NCBI GenBank assembly: GCA_964611355.1
Contig: CAZSYD010000013.1
Location: 1-57,243, forward strand
From: an uncultured Ignavibacteriales bacterium
GTDB taxonomy: Bacteria > Zixibacteria > MSB-5A5 > GN15 > JAAZOE01
Length of the DNA stretch: 57,243 nucleotides
Reading direction: 5' to 3'
Part shown: piece after piece, positions 1 to 9,328 of the stretch
How the letters are laid out: every line of letters starts with the position of its first letter
How positions within the stretch are numbered: position 1 is the first letter of the stretch
Notes under the pieces: generated by a model
Seen by the model: the letters and a program-made list of their open reading frames with translations, nothing else
Told to the model about the DNA's origin: nothing
The model's database searches: none
Program-made: the position numbers and the translations under genes

Positions 1-436
1 TAATTTTATATTCTTGTGCCACCGCTGCCAAATCGTTATCGGCTGTAATTAGATAGGATCCCGATTCATAGTCAAAGGTGCTTAAAATTTCGTGAGATAT
101 TCCAACTATCGCGGCGGCATCAACTATATCAATATTATTATATCTTTTTATAATCATAATTGCCTCTATTAGATAATTATAATTGTCTAAACTAACAGGA
201 CATATATTCAATTTCGTATAATAATCATAAACGCTAATGATAAAACCAACGTAGTCATCATCACTTAGTTTACCTTTTAACCATTTACGTTTCAATATTC
301 CTAAGATTTCAGCTTTTGTGTGTTCAGTTACCCAATGAGCGTTTAATGAATGAAACAATTTGTCTGCTTTATCGGAGCCTTTTTCCTTAATAAATACTTT
401 TACCAGTGCAGACGCATCCCATAGATATACTTCCAT
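1..436 (-). CDS. PIN-domain (VapC-like) ribonuclease toxin, 3' end runs off the window
   Basis: Missing from the ORF track; translated by hand: MEVYLWDASALVKVFIKEKGSD...TKAEILG...IDIVDAAAI...LITADNDLAAVA. Shows the PIN acidic motifs (DASAL, E, D, TAD). An alternative in-frame ATG lies at 460. AT-rich compared with its neighbours. Confidence 0.85.
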   Translation of the reverse strand, partial: MEVYLWDASALVKVFIKEKGSDKADKLFHSLNAHWVTEHTKAEILGILKRKWLKGKLSDDDYVGFIISVYDYYTKLNICPVSLDNYNYLIEAIMIIKRYNNIDIVDAAAIVGISHEILSTFDYESGSYLITADNDLAAVAQEYKI

Positions 437-490
437 TGGGTCCTTGTTATATACTACCATAATGTTAATTACTCACCCTATTTTGGCCAA

Positions 491-1375
491 TCATATTCCC
501 TTAACCACCTTCCGATACACCTCCGACCATAATTCGACCGTCGTCCGGCAGCCGCCGAAAAGCCGGTCGGTTTCTTCAGGGCCGACGGCGACCTCGCTGT
601 CATCGTGCTTGTCGAAAAATGCCATCACCCTGACAGCCGATTTAAGTGATTTATTAAACGTAATCATTGCTGAAAATTTGGCCAGCCAGACAGAAAGATG
701 ATCGATTTTGGCGTCGGGATAGACGATCGATAAAAACCTCCGCAGTGCTTCCGAAATCGGCATCGGTTCGGGGCCGAATATAGTCAGCGTTTTGTTGTCG
801 GCCCGGTCGGTCTGAAAACATCTGGCAACGATGCGAGCGTAATCCGGGGCCGCCAGAAAATAAAATGACGTTTTCCCCGACCCGATATAGACCGCCTTAT
901 TGTGCCGCAAAAAAAGCGGCAGTGATTCGCAAAACCATGATGGCCTGAGGATAGTATAAGTGACGCCTGATGCTTTGAGGGCGTGCTCCGCCTCCAGTTT
1001 AACCCTGACGAAAATATACCGGGCGTTTTTTTCATCAACATTGGCGCCGCTTATCTGTACGATCTTTTTGATGCTTGCTTCATTCGCGGCTGCATATATA
1101 TTTTTTGAACCCTCTTCCTCAACCCGGATATAATCCGCATCCCTCGGCCCGCCCTTAAGGTTGATATAGATGTATTCGCATCCTTCCATCGCTTTTTTCA
1201 GACTGGTCGGATCGTCAATGTTGCCGGCGGCGTATTCCACCTTGTCGGCAAATATTTCCCGCGCCCGTTCCGCGTTGGTGGTAAAGAGCCGAAGGTCAAA
1301 ATTTTCCTTGATTAGCTCCATCGTCACCGGCCGGCCCAGCATCCCGGTCCCGCCGACCACAAGAATCCTTGACAT
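491..1375 (-). CDS. NAD(P)-binding atypical SDR / NmrA-like oxidoreductase
   Basis: Rossmann motif ILVVGGTGMLG directly after the ATG at 1375, plus YTILRPSWF. The ORF-track extension to 1612 overlaps the DUF58 gene and was rejected. Confidence 0.85.
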   Translation of the reverse strand: MSRILVVGGTGMLGRPVTMELIKENFDLRLFTTNAERAREIFADKVEYAAGNIDDPTSLKKAMEGCEYIYINLKGGPRDADYIRVEEEGSKNIYAAANEASIKKIVQISGANVDEKNARYIFVRVKLEAEHALKASGVTYTILRPSWFCESLPLFLRHNKAVYIGSGKTSFYFLAAPDYARIVARCFQTDRADNKTLTIFGPEPMPISEALRRFLSIVYPDAKIDHLSVWLAKFSAMITFNKSLKSAVRVMAFFDKHDDSEVAVGPEETDRLFGGCRTTVELWSEVYRKVVKGI

Positions 1376-1449
1376 ATTCGCTTCCCTTCGGGATGGTGTT
1401 GTGAATATTATTTTAAGATAGTTTCGAGATCGAAACCGATCAAGAAGAA

Positions 1450-2352
1450 TTAATTCAGTCGTTCCCGTTTGGCCAGAAAAGCATAAAGCGCTTTGTCGAA
1501 CGGCGTCGAGCAATCGAGCATATGGTAATCCACCCGGGCCCGGCGGCATTCGGACGAGATCAAATTTGCCGTTTCGTTGAACTGCCGCGTGTAATCCCTG
1601 CGTATCTGCCACGGCAGAGTGGTGATTTTTTCGCCGGTTTCCATATCTTCAAAAATTGCCTCGCCGGAGAAAGCGAAATCTTTTTCGCGCGGGTCAAGAA
1701 CATGGAAGACGATCACCTCGTGACCGCGATGCCGGAAATGTTTTATTCCGGACAGGATTTTACCCGGTTCGTCAAACAAATCGGAAATAATAATCACCAG
1801 CCCGCGGCGTTTGACCCGTTCGGCCATCTCGTGAAGCGGCAATGCTATGTCGGTGGTTGATGCTGTTTTCAGGTTGGCGAACTGCTGCAGCAGAACGTGC
1901 AGATGCCCGCCGGCCGAGCGGGGTGGAATATATTTATTAATCTTATCGGCGAACGTCACCAGCCCGACCGCATCACGCTGCTTGATCATCATGTACGACA
2001 GCGAAGCCGCCAGCGTTAACGCGTAATCGAATTTATTGTGCTTTGACGGATCGGAACTGTACCCCATCGATGCCGAACAATCGAGCAGAAGGTAGGCCTT
2101 GAGATTGGTTTCTTCTTCGTACTCCTTGATATAATACCGATCTGACTTAGCATAAACTTTCCAGTCGATATCGCGAATCGAATCGCCCGGCATATACTGG
2201 CGATGCTCGGCGAACTCGACGGAAAAGCCGTGATACGGCGATTTATGCAACCCGGCGATAAACCCCTCCACCACCATCCGGGCTTTGAGTTCCATCCCTT
2301 TAAGTTTCGAGACAATATCAGGCGATAAGAATTTTCGGTAGTCGGTTTTCAT
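1450..2352 (-). CDS. DUF58 domain protein (vWA-like, MoxR-associated)
   Basis: GLHKSPYHGFSVEFAEHRQYMPGDSIRDIDWKVYAKSDRYYIKEYEEET, LDCSASM and ISD motifs; lies downstream of moxR. Confidence 0.92.
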   Translation of the reverse strand: MKTDYRKFLSPDIVSKLKGMELKARMVVEGFIAGLHKSPYHGFSVEFAEHRQYMPGDSIRDIDWKVYAKSDRYYIKEYEEETNLKAYLLLDCSASMGYSSDPSKHNKFDYALTLAASLSYMMIKQRDAVGLVTFADKINKYIPPRSAGGHLHVLLQQFANLKTASTTDIALPLHEMAERVKRRGLVIIISDLFDEPGKILSGIKHFRHRGHEVIVFHVLDPREKDFAFSGEAIFEDMETGEKITTLPWQIRRDYTRQFNETANLISSECRRARVDYHMLDCSTPFDKALYAFLAKRERLN

Positions 2353-2460
2353 AACTCAGACTTTATTGTCGGATTACTCATTACGTTGCGCTCTAATCGG
2401 AACCGATACGCTGTAGAGTTGTGTATAGCACATATCCAGAGGCTGTCTCATAAGTCCCCT

Positions 2461-2495
2461 GTCATCGCGAGGTCGCCTCGGTGACCGTGACGATC
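2461..2495. repeat. REP-like palindromic intergenic element
   Basis: GTCATCGCGAGGTCGCCTCGGTGACCGTGACGATC is an imperfect hairpin resembling the GTCATTGCGAG...GCAATC class of extragenic palindromes. Only one copy in this window. Confidence 0.4.
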
Positions 2496-2496
2496 T

Positions 2497-3495
2497 CTAT
2501 TCCTTGACCTTCTCCAACAACTTATTCGTAATTGCAATGGTATCGACGCCTTCCGCTTCGGCGTTGAATGACGTTACGATCCGATGACGCATAACCGGAA
2601 TGGCGGCGAAACGGACGTCCTCAACCGACGGCGTGGGACGGCCGTCAAGAACGGCGCGCGTCTTGGCCGCCAGAATCATATACTGCCCGGCGCGCGGCCC
2701 CGCGCCCCACGACACCCAACTCTTGATAAAATCGGGACTTTCCGCCTCACTCGGTCGGGTGAGACGAGCCAGCCGCACTGCATAGGAAACGAGATGCTCC
2801 GATACCGGAACCGTGCGCACCAGGTTCTGGAGCGAAATGATTTGTTCGGCGCCCAGGACTTTTTCCAGCCGGGCCGTCGGCGCGGCGGTAGTGGTCATAA
2901 CGATCTCTTCTTCTTCCGACCGGCTTGGGTAATCGACGTAGATATTGAACATGAAGCGGTCAAGCTGCGCTTCCGGCAGCGGATAAGTCCCTTCCAGCTC
3001 GATCGGGTTTTGCGTCGCCAGGACAAAGAACGGCTGATTGAGGCTGTACGTTTCTCCGGCGGCGGTAACCTCATACTCCTGCATCGCTTGAAGCAGCGCC
3101 GCCTGCGTCTTTGGAGGAGTGCGATTGATTTCGTCCGCCAGAATGATATTGGCAAAGACCGGCCCACGCACGAATTTGAAACCCCGTTTGCCGGTTGAGC
3201 GGTCTTCTTCGATAATTTCCGTGCCGGTGATATCGGACGGCATCAGGTCGGGCGTAAACTGGATACGGGAAAACCTGAGGTCCAGAATTTGGGCCAGGGT
3301 GGAAATCAAAAGCGTTTTGGCCAGTCCCGGCACGCCGACCAGAAGGCAATGACCGCGCGCCAGAAGGGCGATCAGAAGCTGTTCGATAACCGCATCCTGC
3401 CCGATTATCACCTTGGCGATCTCAGATTTGATCAGGTCATAAGAGCTTTTCAGGTTTTTCAAAGCCTCGATGTCGTCTTGTATATCCTCAGCCAT
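2497..3495 (-). CDS. moxR: MoxR-family AAA+ ATPase
   Basis: Walker A GVPGLAKT, RIQFTPDLMPSDITG, Walker B LADEINR, ATQNPIELEGTYPLPEAQLDRF. Confidence 0.95.
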   Translation of the reverse strand: MAEDIQDDIEALKNLKSSYDLIKSEIAKVIIGQDAVIEQLLIALLARGHCLLVGVPGLAKTLLISTLAQILDLRFSRIQFTPDLMPSDITGTEIIEEDRSTGKRGFKFVRGPVFANIILADEINRTPPKTQAALLQAMQEYEVTAAGETYSLNQPFFVLATQNPIELEGTYPLPEAQLDRFMFNIYVDYPSRSEEEEIVMTTTAAPTARLEKVLGAEQIISLQNLVRTVPVSEHLVSYAVRLARLTRPSEAESPDFIKSWVSWGAGPRAGQYMILAAKTRAVLDGRPTPSVEDVRFAAIPVMRHRIVTSFNAEAEGVDTIAITNKLLEKVKE

Positions 3496-3723
3496 TAGTC
3501 CTCCAGAGTATTCTCATTATACGCAATTCACCGTATCTCGTTTCTCCGTTTAACATTTTGAAAAAGGAAAAAGTCCGAATATATATCCGTATTTGCCTAA
3601 CTTCAATAGGGAGTGCAAATTGTGGATAAATGGTTTAACCGAGCCTTTATTGCATTGGCGTAACAGCCTTTGGTATAAGCAGTTGGTCACATTTCCACAA
3701 TTTTGCGGAAATTATCAACATTT
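3496..3723. other. DnaA-box cluster, candidate replication origin (oriC)
   Basis: Perfect box TGTGGATAA at 3621-3629; near matches ATTTCCACA 3691-3699, TGCGGAAAT 3704-3712 and TTATCAACA 3712-3720. AT-rich segment about 3545-3600. Sits next to the parAB/mnmG cluster and the parS sites. Confidence 0.5.
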
Positions 3724-4161
3724 TCACTTAACGGTCTCGGTCTCTTCTTTTTCCTTGCGAACCTTATCGGCGATATCGGAATACTTGGCTGTGCCGGAAT
3801 CAGCGTTTTTCATGTTGCAGGAGCCGCAGAATATCGCTCCCTGTTCGATAACCAGGGACTTTGTTTTCAGATCGCCGGAAATTTCGGCCTTGGCCTGAAG
3901 TTCAACCTTTTCCGAGGCGATGATATTACCGTTGACTTTGCCGGCAATGGTGGTGTTTTTGCAGTTGACTTCCGCCTCCAACTCACCCCCTGCGCCGACC
4001 GTAACGGTATCGGAACAGATCACCTGTCCCTTGATTTTGCCGTCAACGCGCAACGGTCCCTTGACGTCGATGGTTCCGGTTATTACCGAATCCTTACCGA
4101 TAATAGTGTTCATCTTCCCATCCGTTTTTAATTCTGGTGGTTTACCTTGTTTGATCTTCAT
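3724..4161 (-). CDS. Bactofilin (polymer-forming cytoskeletal protein, CcmA family)
   Basis: TIIGKDSVITGTI...LRVDGKIKG...IAGKVNGNI...ISGDL...LVIEQGAIFCGSC beta-helix pattern. Confidence 0.93.
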   Translation of the reverse strand: MKIKQGKPPELKTDGKMNTIIGKDSVITGTIDVKGPLRVDGKIKGQVICSDTVTVGAGGELEAEVNCKNTTIAGKVNGNIIASEKVELQAKAEISGDLKTKSLVIEQGAIFCGSCNMKNADSGTAKYSDIADKVRKEKEETETVK

Positions 4162-4930
4162 GGATAAAATACTTCATAGGGTTAACTGCTTTTTTGTTGA
4201 CTCTGATTTCATAATGAAGATGCGGCGCCGAACTTATCCCCGTATTGCCGGATAATGCGATCCGCTGTCCGGCGAAAACCGTATCTCCCTTTTGTACCAA
4301 GAGATTGCTGTTGTGACCGTAGACGGTCTCGATGCTGTCGCCATTTTGCAAAATGACGGTCTGTCCGAAAACCTCGTCAAACCCGGCGAATTCGACCGTG
4401 CCAAAAGCTGTAGAGTAGACCGGCGTTCCTTCCGGCAAAGCCAGATCGACGCCATGGTGCTTTTTGCCGGGGATATCGGAGAAACCCCGTGATATCCAGC
4501 CGGTTGCCGGCAGGCCGTCCGGTATTGGCGATGTCGGCGGCAGAGTGCGCGATATGCTTTTGAGCCGCGGTTTCCGATCGGGCGTCGACATGGTGTCGCT
4601 TTCAATGTAAAGATCGGCGAGAAGCACCGAATCGAGTCCCGCCATGGCGGTAATGTCAGCCATTAATTGCCTTGTCTCCGAAAGCGACTGTTCCAGTATC
4701 TGGACTCTGTACTGGTAACGCCTGAGCGATTCGTTCTCCTCGGCCAGGCGGTCGGCTTCGGCCGCCTTAGCCAGCACTTCGTAGTAAATGGCGATGTAAA
4801 GTATCGGCGCCAGGATAACCACTATCAGAAAGGCAAACAGTACGCGATAAAGCCAGAGCGGCAGGCGAAACCGGCGGGGTTCGCTTTCATCATCCGGCAC
4901 TACAAGGAATGTAATATACTTTCCGGACAT
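4142..4930 (-). CDS. M23 family peptidoglycan metalloendopeptidase (TM anchor + coiled coil)
   Basis: HHGVD (HxxxD), YGH and GNTGISSAPHLHYEI (HxH) motifs. Overlaps the bactofilin start. Confidence 0.92.
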   Translation of the reverse strand: MSGKYITFLVVPDDESEPRRFRLPLWLYRVLFAFLIVVILAPILYIAIYYEVLAKAAEADRLAEENESLRRYQYRVQILEQSLSETRQLMADITAMAGLDSVLLADLYIESDTMSTPDRKPRLKSISRTLPPTSPIPDGLPATGWISRGFSDIPGKKHHGVDLALPEGTPVYSTAFGTVEFAGFDEVFGQTVILQNGDSIETVYGHNSNLLVQKGDTVFAGQRIALSGNTGISSAPHLHYEIRVNKKAVNPMKYFIHEDQTR

Positions 4931-4939
4931 TGGTTTCCT

Positions 4940-5785
4940 TTACGCTATCTTCCTGAACAGATCCAAAAGGCGACTTAAATCCTCATTCCCGTAATATTCA
5001 ACTTCGATACGGCTTTTCTTCAGACCCGGTACGATTCTTACTGCGGTACCGAGGGTATGTTTCAAAAATGTTTCGGCGTCTTCGATTGCAGGCGATTTGC
5101 GTTTGACCGTCAGCCTGTGTCGTTTGGTTTTTCGCGCCAGAGATTCGGACTGGCGAACCGACAATGTTTGTGAAATTATCCGCTGCGCGATCCGATCCCG
5201 CATGGTCGGATCGGCCACCGAAAGAATCGCCCGGGCGTGGCCTTCGCTCAGCTTTCCTTCCGCCACCATTTGCTTGATATTATCGGGAAGAGTTAGAAGC
5301 CGGAGGGTATTGGCCACCGAGGCGCGGTTTTTGTGGACCCGGCCGGCCAGTTGCGTCTGCGTCAGACCGCACCGGTCAAGGAGCGACCGGTAGGCTTCGG
5401 CGGTTTCAATCGGGTTGAGATCTTCGCGTTGCAGATTTTCCTCCAGCGCGATCTGGAGCATATCGGTTTCGTCAATATCGTCAAGCACTACGGCGGATAC
5501 TTTTTCCATGCCGGCCAGCCTGGCGGCGCGGAAGCGTCTTTCACCCGCCACCATCAGGTAGCCTGCGCCGTCTTTTATAACCAGAATCGGTTGCAACATC
5601 CCGCGCGCTTTGATTGAATCGGCCAGCTCCTGAATACTTCCCTGATCAAAAGATTTGCGCGGCTGGAAAGGATTGGGAGCGATTTTCTCAAGCGGCAAAA
5701 AGCGCCATTGTCCGCTTTTTTCGTCATCCGGCGATCCGGTCGGGATTAATGCTTCCAGTCCGCGCCCAAGTGCAATCTTACCCAT
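4940..5785 (-). CDS. parB: Chromosome partitioning protein ParB/Spo0J
   Basis: ALGRGLEALI, NPFQPRK, GERRFRAA, ENLQREDLNPIE, HTH. Confidence 0.96.
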   Translation of the reverse strand: MGKIALGRGLEALIPTGSPDDEKSGQWRFLPLEKIAPNPFQPRKSFDQGSIQELADSIKARGMLQPILVIKDGAGYLMVAGERRFRAARLAGMEKVSAVVLDDIDETDMLQIALEENLQREDLNPIETAEAYRSLLDRCGLTQTQLAGRVHKNRASVANTLRLLTLPDNIKQMVAEGKLSEGHARAILSVADPTMRDRIAQRIISQTLSVRQSESLARKTKRHRLTVKRKSPAIEDAETFLKHTLGTAVRIVPGLKKSRIEVEYYGNEDLSRLLDLFRKIA

Positions 5786-6539
5786 GGCTGATTATCTCCT
5801 TGGCAAGTGAGATATAGTTCTGCGCCCCGGTCGAGAGGATGTCGTAAAGAATAATCGGCTTACCGAAACTGGGCGCTTCCGACAAACGAACGTTGCGACT
5901 GATGGTGGTTGCATAAACCTTGTCGTCGAAATACCTGCGCGTCTCATCGGCCACCTGGCGCGAAAGGTTAAGCCGGCCGTCGAACATGGTCAAAAGCACT
6001 CCCTCGATTTTCAAATCCGGGTTAAGATGCCGCTGTACCAGGTTGATGGAATTGAGCAACTGCCCCATTCCCTCTAAAGCATAGTATTCACATTGAATTG
6101 GTATTAATATGGAATCGGCGGCGGTGAGGGTGTTAAGCGTCAGAAGGCCCAGCGAGGGAGGACAATCTATAATAATATACTCGTAATCGTTAGTTATTGA
6201 AGATACGGCCTCTTTCAGTTTATGCTCGCGCGCAACCATCGGCACCAGCTCCACCTCGGCCCCGGCCAGGCGCATATGCGACGGCAGCAGGTTGAGATAG
6301 GGCAGTATGGTCGGTACGATAACCTCGGCGATTTTGGCCCGGCCGATGAGAACTTCATAAGCGGTATTGTCCGTCTCCTCGGGGTATATACCAAGGCCGG
6401 AACTGGAATTGGCCTGGGGATCTATATCTATGAGAAGGGTTTTTATTTCCGCTGCCGCCAGGCAGGACGCCAGGTTAATCGCCGTGGTGGTTTTGCCGAC
6501 CCCGCCCTTCTGATTGGCGACGGCCATTATTTTCCCCAT
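5778..6539 (-). CDS. parA: Chromosome partitioning ATPase ParA/Soj
   Basis: NQKGGVGKTTT, DIDPQAN, IDCPPSLG, RNVRLSEAPSFG. Confidence 0.97.
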   Translation of the reverse strand: MGKIMAVANQKGGVGKTTTAINLASCLAAAEIKTLLIDIDPQANSSSGLGIYPEETDNTAYEVLIGRAKIAEVIVPTILPYLNLLPSHMRLAGAEVELVPMVAREHKLKEAVSSITNDYEYIIIDCPPSLGLLTLNTLTAADSILIPIQCEYYALEGMGQLLNSINLVQRHLNPDLKIEGVLLTMFDGRLNLSRQVADETRRYFDDKVYATTISRNVRLSEAPSFGKPIILYDILSTGAQNYISLAKEIISHG

Positions 6540-6611
6540 AGTCGCCTCGCTAAAAATATCCTTGTCAGGTAATTAGGGTAGAGAAATTAAAAGCGGCCGG
6601 CAACAGTTTTT

Positions 6612-7199
6612 TTAAAAAATCTCCGCTCTTATCAGATGCCGGGATGGCACGTTATCTATTGAATAGATAATGGATTGGACTGATGGGAAAAATGTTTGCG
6701 GCAAGCCTGGCCCGAAATAGATAAGACGCGCATCGTCGGAGGCGGAGTTTTTGATGGAACGTATAAGTTTTTCGTTGATGGCTACCCTGCGCAGGGTAAT
6801 GATTGAATATTTTATCGATCTGTCGTCAAATCCGATATCGTCCTTGACTACCGTCGCTTTAAGTTTTAAGCGGCTGAGGAGTAATATAAGAAAATCTGCT
6901 TTTTTCTGCGATCTTTCGGTTAAAGTTAGGCCAGCGGTTTTTTCTGAGAGCAGAAGCGGTATGGCCGGTATTCCCCAGCCGGAGCCGATATCGAGAATCG
7001 GTCCGCATTTCCGGTCGATCCATCCAAGTTCAACGGGAATTAACGATTCGGCGGCCATTATCCGAAGATCATTGATTTCAAGATTGCGGGAATAAAGATT
7101 AAAATTCTTATTCCCCCTGGCTACCTCGCTGAGATAAAACTCCAGCTTTTCTTTTTCAAGGTATTTTTCGATTAGATTTTTCGATTCAAATTTAGTCAT
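6612..7199 (-). CDS. rsmG: 16S rRNA m7G527 methyltransferase RsmG/GidB (divergent)
   Basis: NKNFNL, LDIGSGWGIPAIPL and E..KK..FL motifs; located between mnmG and parA. Start chosen at ATG 7199; the ORF track extends to 7259. Confidence 0.8.
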   Translation of the reverse strand: MTKFESKNLIEKYLEKEKLEFYLSEVARGNKNFNLYSRNLEINDLRIMAAESLIPVELGWIDRKCGPILDIGSGWGIPAIPLLLSEKTAGLTLTERSQKKADFLILLLSRLKLKATVVKDDIGFDDRSIKYSIITLRRVAINEKLIRSIKNSASDDARLIYFGPGLPQTFFPSVQSIIYSIDNVPSRHLIRAEIF

Positions 7200-7208
7200 T
7201 GCGGAAGC

Positions 7209-7224
7209 CGTTTCACGTGAAACA
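7209..7224. promoter_or_regulatory. parS centromere-like site
   Basis: cGTTTCACGTGAAACA matches the consensus TGTTTCACGTGAAACA at 15/16 positions. Confidence 0.9.
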
Positions 7225-7289
7225 GGGGGCCCCTGAACCCCCCCTCTTCGCTCCTTCACCAGGATTACCAGTAGGCCAAAGTGAATTTT

Positions 7290-9173
7290 CTATCTTTTTA
7301 GAGCCGTTTCCCTGTTCTCGCGTTTGCTGAGATAAATCATCAGCACGGCAACATCGGAAGGCGTTACGCCTTCGATTCTGCCTGCTTGTCCCAAAGTTTC
7401 AGGACGGAACCGGTTCAGCTTCTCGATTGCTTCTCTTTTCAGGCCGGATAAGGCGTGGTAGTCAATCGATTGAGAGATTTTTATCCCTTCGCTTCGGTGG
7501 TGGCGTTCTATTTCCCGATCTTGCTTGCCTAAATATCCCTTGTATTTGATAAGGATAATCGCCTTTTCGAGAATTTCTCGACTGCCATTTAGCCCGTTTC
7601 CTGATAATTCAAAAAGATGCTCTATTTCGAAATCCGGCCGGCAGATAAGATCGGCCAGGCTCATGCTCCCTTTTTTAGTCCGCAGGCCGAAACGGCCTTT
7701 TATTATCCGGCTGTTGAATTGGGTCCCTTTCAGATACGAGATTATCCGATCAAGCTCGTTTTTCTGCCGATTAATAATTGATAATTCATCTTCGGTATAT
7801 ATTCCGAGTTTTTTCCCGTAAGGAGCCATTCGGTCAAGCGCGTTGTCTTCTCTTAAAGCGAGTCGATATTCGGCCCGGCTGGTGAACATCCGGTACGGCT
7901 CCGAGATATTGCGCGTAACCAGATCATCAAGAAGTACCCCTATATATGCTTCGTGTCGTCCCGGAACGAACGGCTGCTCATTATTAATATAAAGGCAGGC
8001 GTTTAGACCGGCGACCAGACCCTGGGCCGCCGCCTCTTCGTATCCCGAAGTTCCGTTAATCTGGCCGGCCAGAAACAGCCCCGAAATGATCTTTGTCTCG
8101 AGCGACGGCCTGATTTGATAAGGCGGCACAAAATCGTATTCGATGGCATATCCGGGTTTGGTGATAATCGCCTTTTCCAGCCCAATGATTGTTCTAACGG
8201 CTTTCCGTTGAATGTCTTCCGGGATCGACGTAGCAAAGCCGTTAGGGTAGATTTCATCGGTGCCGTTTCCTTCCGGTTCGATAAATATCTGATGTCTGAG
8301 CTTTTCGGGGAAACGAACGATTTTATCCTCGATTGAAGGGCAGTACCTCGGCCCGGTTCCCTTTATTTGTCCGGAAAAAAGGGGCGCCCGGTCAAGATTT
8401 TCGCGAATTATTTCGGCCGTATCCTGCGTCGTATAAGTAAGATAACAAAGGCTGTCATTGTCGAAATCGATGGCTTCTTGATAGAAATGCGAGAAAAACG
8501 GCGCCGGCTCGTGGCCGGGTTGCGGCTCGACCTTGCCATAGTCGATACTTTTTCCGTCAATCCGTGGGGGTGTTCCTGTTTTTAACCGTCTGGTTTCAAG
8601 ACCGACCCGGTTGAGCGATTCGGTCAGACCAATGGCGGCCGGTTCGCCCCGCCGGCCGGAACGAATCTGCTTTGTACCGATATGAATCAGGCCGCCCAGA
8701 AAAGTTCCGGTAGCCAGAATGATCGCTTTAGCGGACAGGCTGTTCCCTTTTCGCAGGACAACACCCACGGCGGCGTTATTTTCCACTATCAGGCCGACTG
8801 CCTCATCTTCAATTATTTCCACGCCGGGCAGCCGCGATACGAAGTTCGACACGTATTCACAGTGTTTCCGCCGGTCGCACTGAACCCGGGTGGATCGGAC
8901 AGCCGGGCCTTTCGACAGATTCAGCCGCCGGAACTGGATTCCGGCATAGTCGGCGGCTTGCCCGATAATACCGCCCAGAGCGTCAACCTCGCGCACCAGA
9001 TGGCCTTTTCCGACTCCACCGACGGCCGGGTTACACGACATAAGGGCCAGCTTGGTTTTGTCCATTGTCACCAGCCCGACCTTCATTTTCATCCGGCCGG
9101 CGATTCGGGTCGCCTCGGTACCGGCATGTCCGCCGCCGACAATCAGTATGTCAAAATCACATTCCGTCATCAC
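7290..9173 (-). CDS. mnmG: tRNA uridine 5-carboxymethylaminomethyl modification enzyme MnmG/GidA
   Basis: IVGGGHAGTEA, MSCNPAVGG, LKTGTPPR, GPRYCPSIEDK, AGQINGTSGYEEAAAQG, EPYRMFTSRAEYRL. Confidence 0.98.
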   Translation of the reverse strand: MMTECDFDILIVGGGHAGTEATRIAGRMKMKVGLVTMDKTKLALMSCNPAVGGVGKGHLVREVDALGGIIGQAADYAGIQFRRLNLSKGPAVRSTRVQCDRRKHCEYVSNFVSRLPGVEIIEDEAVGLIVENNAAVGVVLRKGNSLSAKAIILATGTFLGGLIHIGTKQIRSGRRGEPAAIGLTESLNRVGLETRRLKTGTPPRIDGKSIDYGKVEPQPGHEPAPFFSHFYQEAIDFDNDSLCYLTYTTQDTAEIIRENLDRAPLFSGQIKGTGPRYCPSIEDKIVRFPEKLRHQIFIEPEGNGTDEIYPNGFATSIPEDIQRKAVRTIIGLEKAIITKPGYAIEYDFVPPYQIRPSLETKIISGLFLAGQINGTSGYEEAAAQGLVAGLNACLYINNEQPFVPGRHEAYIGVLLDDLVTRNISEPYRMFTSRAEYRLALREDNALDRMAPYGKKLGIYTEDELSIINRQKNELDRIISYLKGTQFNSRIIKGRFGLRTKKGSMSLADLICRPDFEIEHLFELSGNGLNGSREILEKAIILIKYKGYLGKQDREIERHHRSEGIKISQSIDYHALSGLKREAIEKLNRFRPETLGQAGRIEGVTPSDVAVLMIYLSKRENRETALKR

Positions 9174-9262
9174 GAAGCTTTATACGAGGAGTAAGCCGCC
9201 GGGTCAAGGAAAAATTGCTTTTTGGCTGCCGCCATAAACGGCCTTATATCCGGAGTTTTCCT

Positions 9263-9278
9263 TGTTGCACGTGAAACA
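9263..9278. promoter_or_regulatory. parS centromere-like site
   Basis: TGTTGCACGTGAAACA fits TGTTNCACGTGAAACA; lies in the mnmE-mnmG intergenic space. Confidence 0.88.
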
Positions 9279-9328
9279 TGAAGTCGATTCCCTAAAGGCA
9301 TTCATCATACCCTGACATTATCTGAATT

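Noticed and set aside
1376..1612. N-terminal extension of the SDR ORF
   Set aside because: Overlaps the DUF58 gene; the Rossmann motif starts right after ATG 1375.
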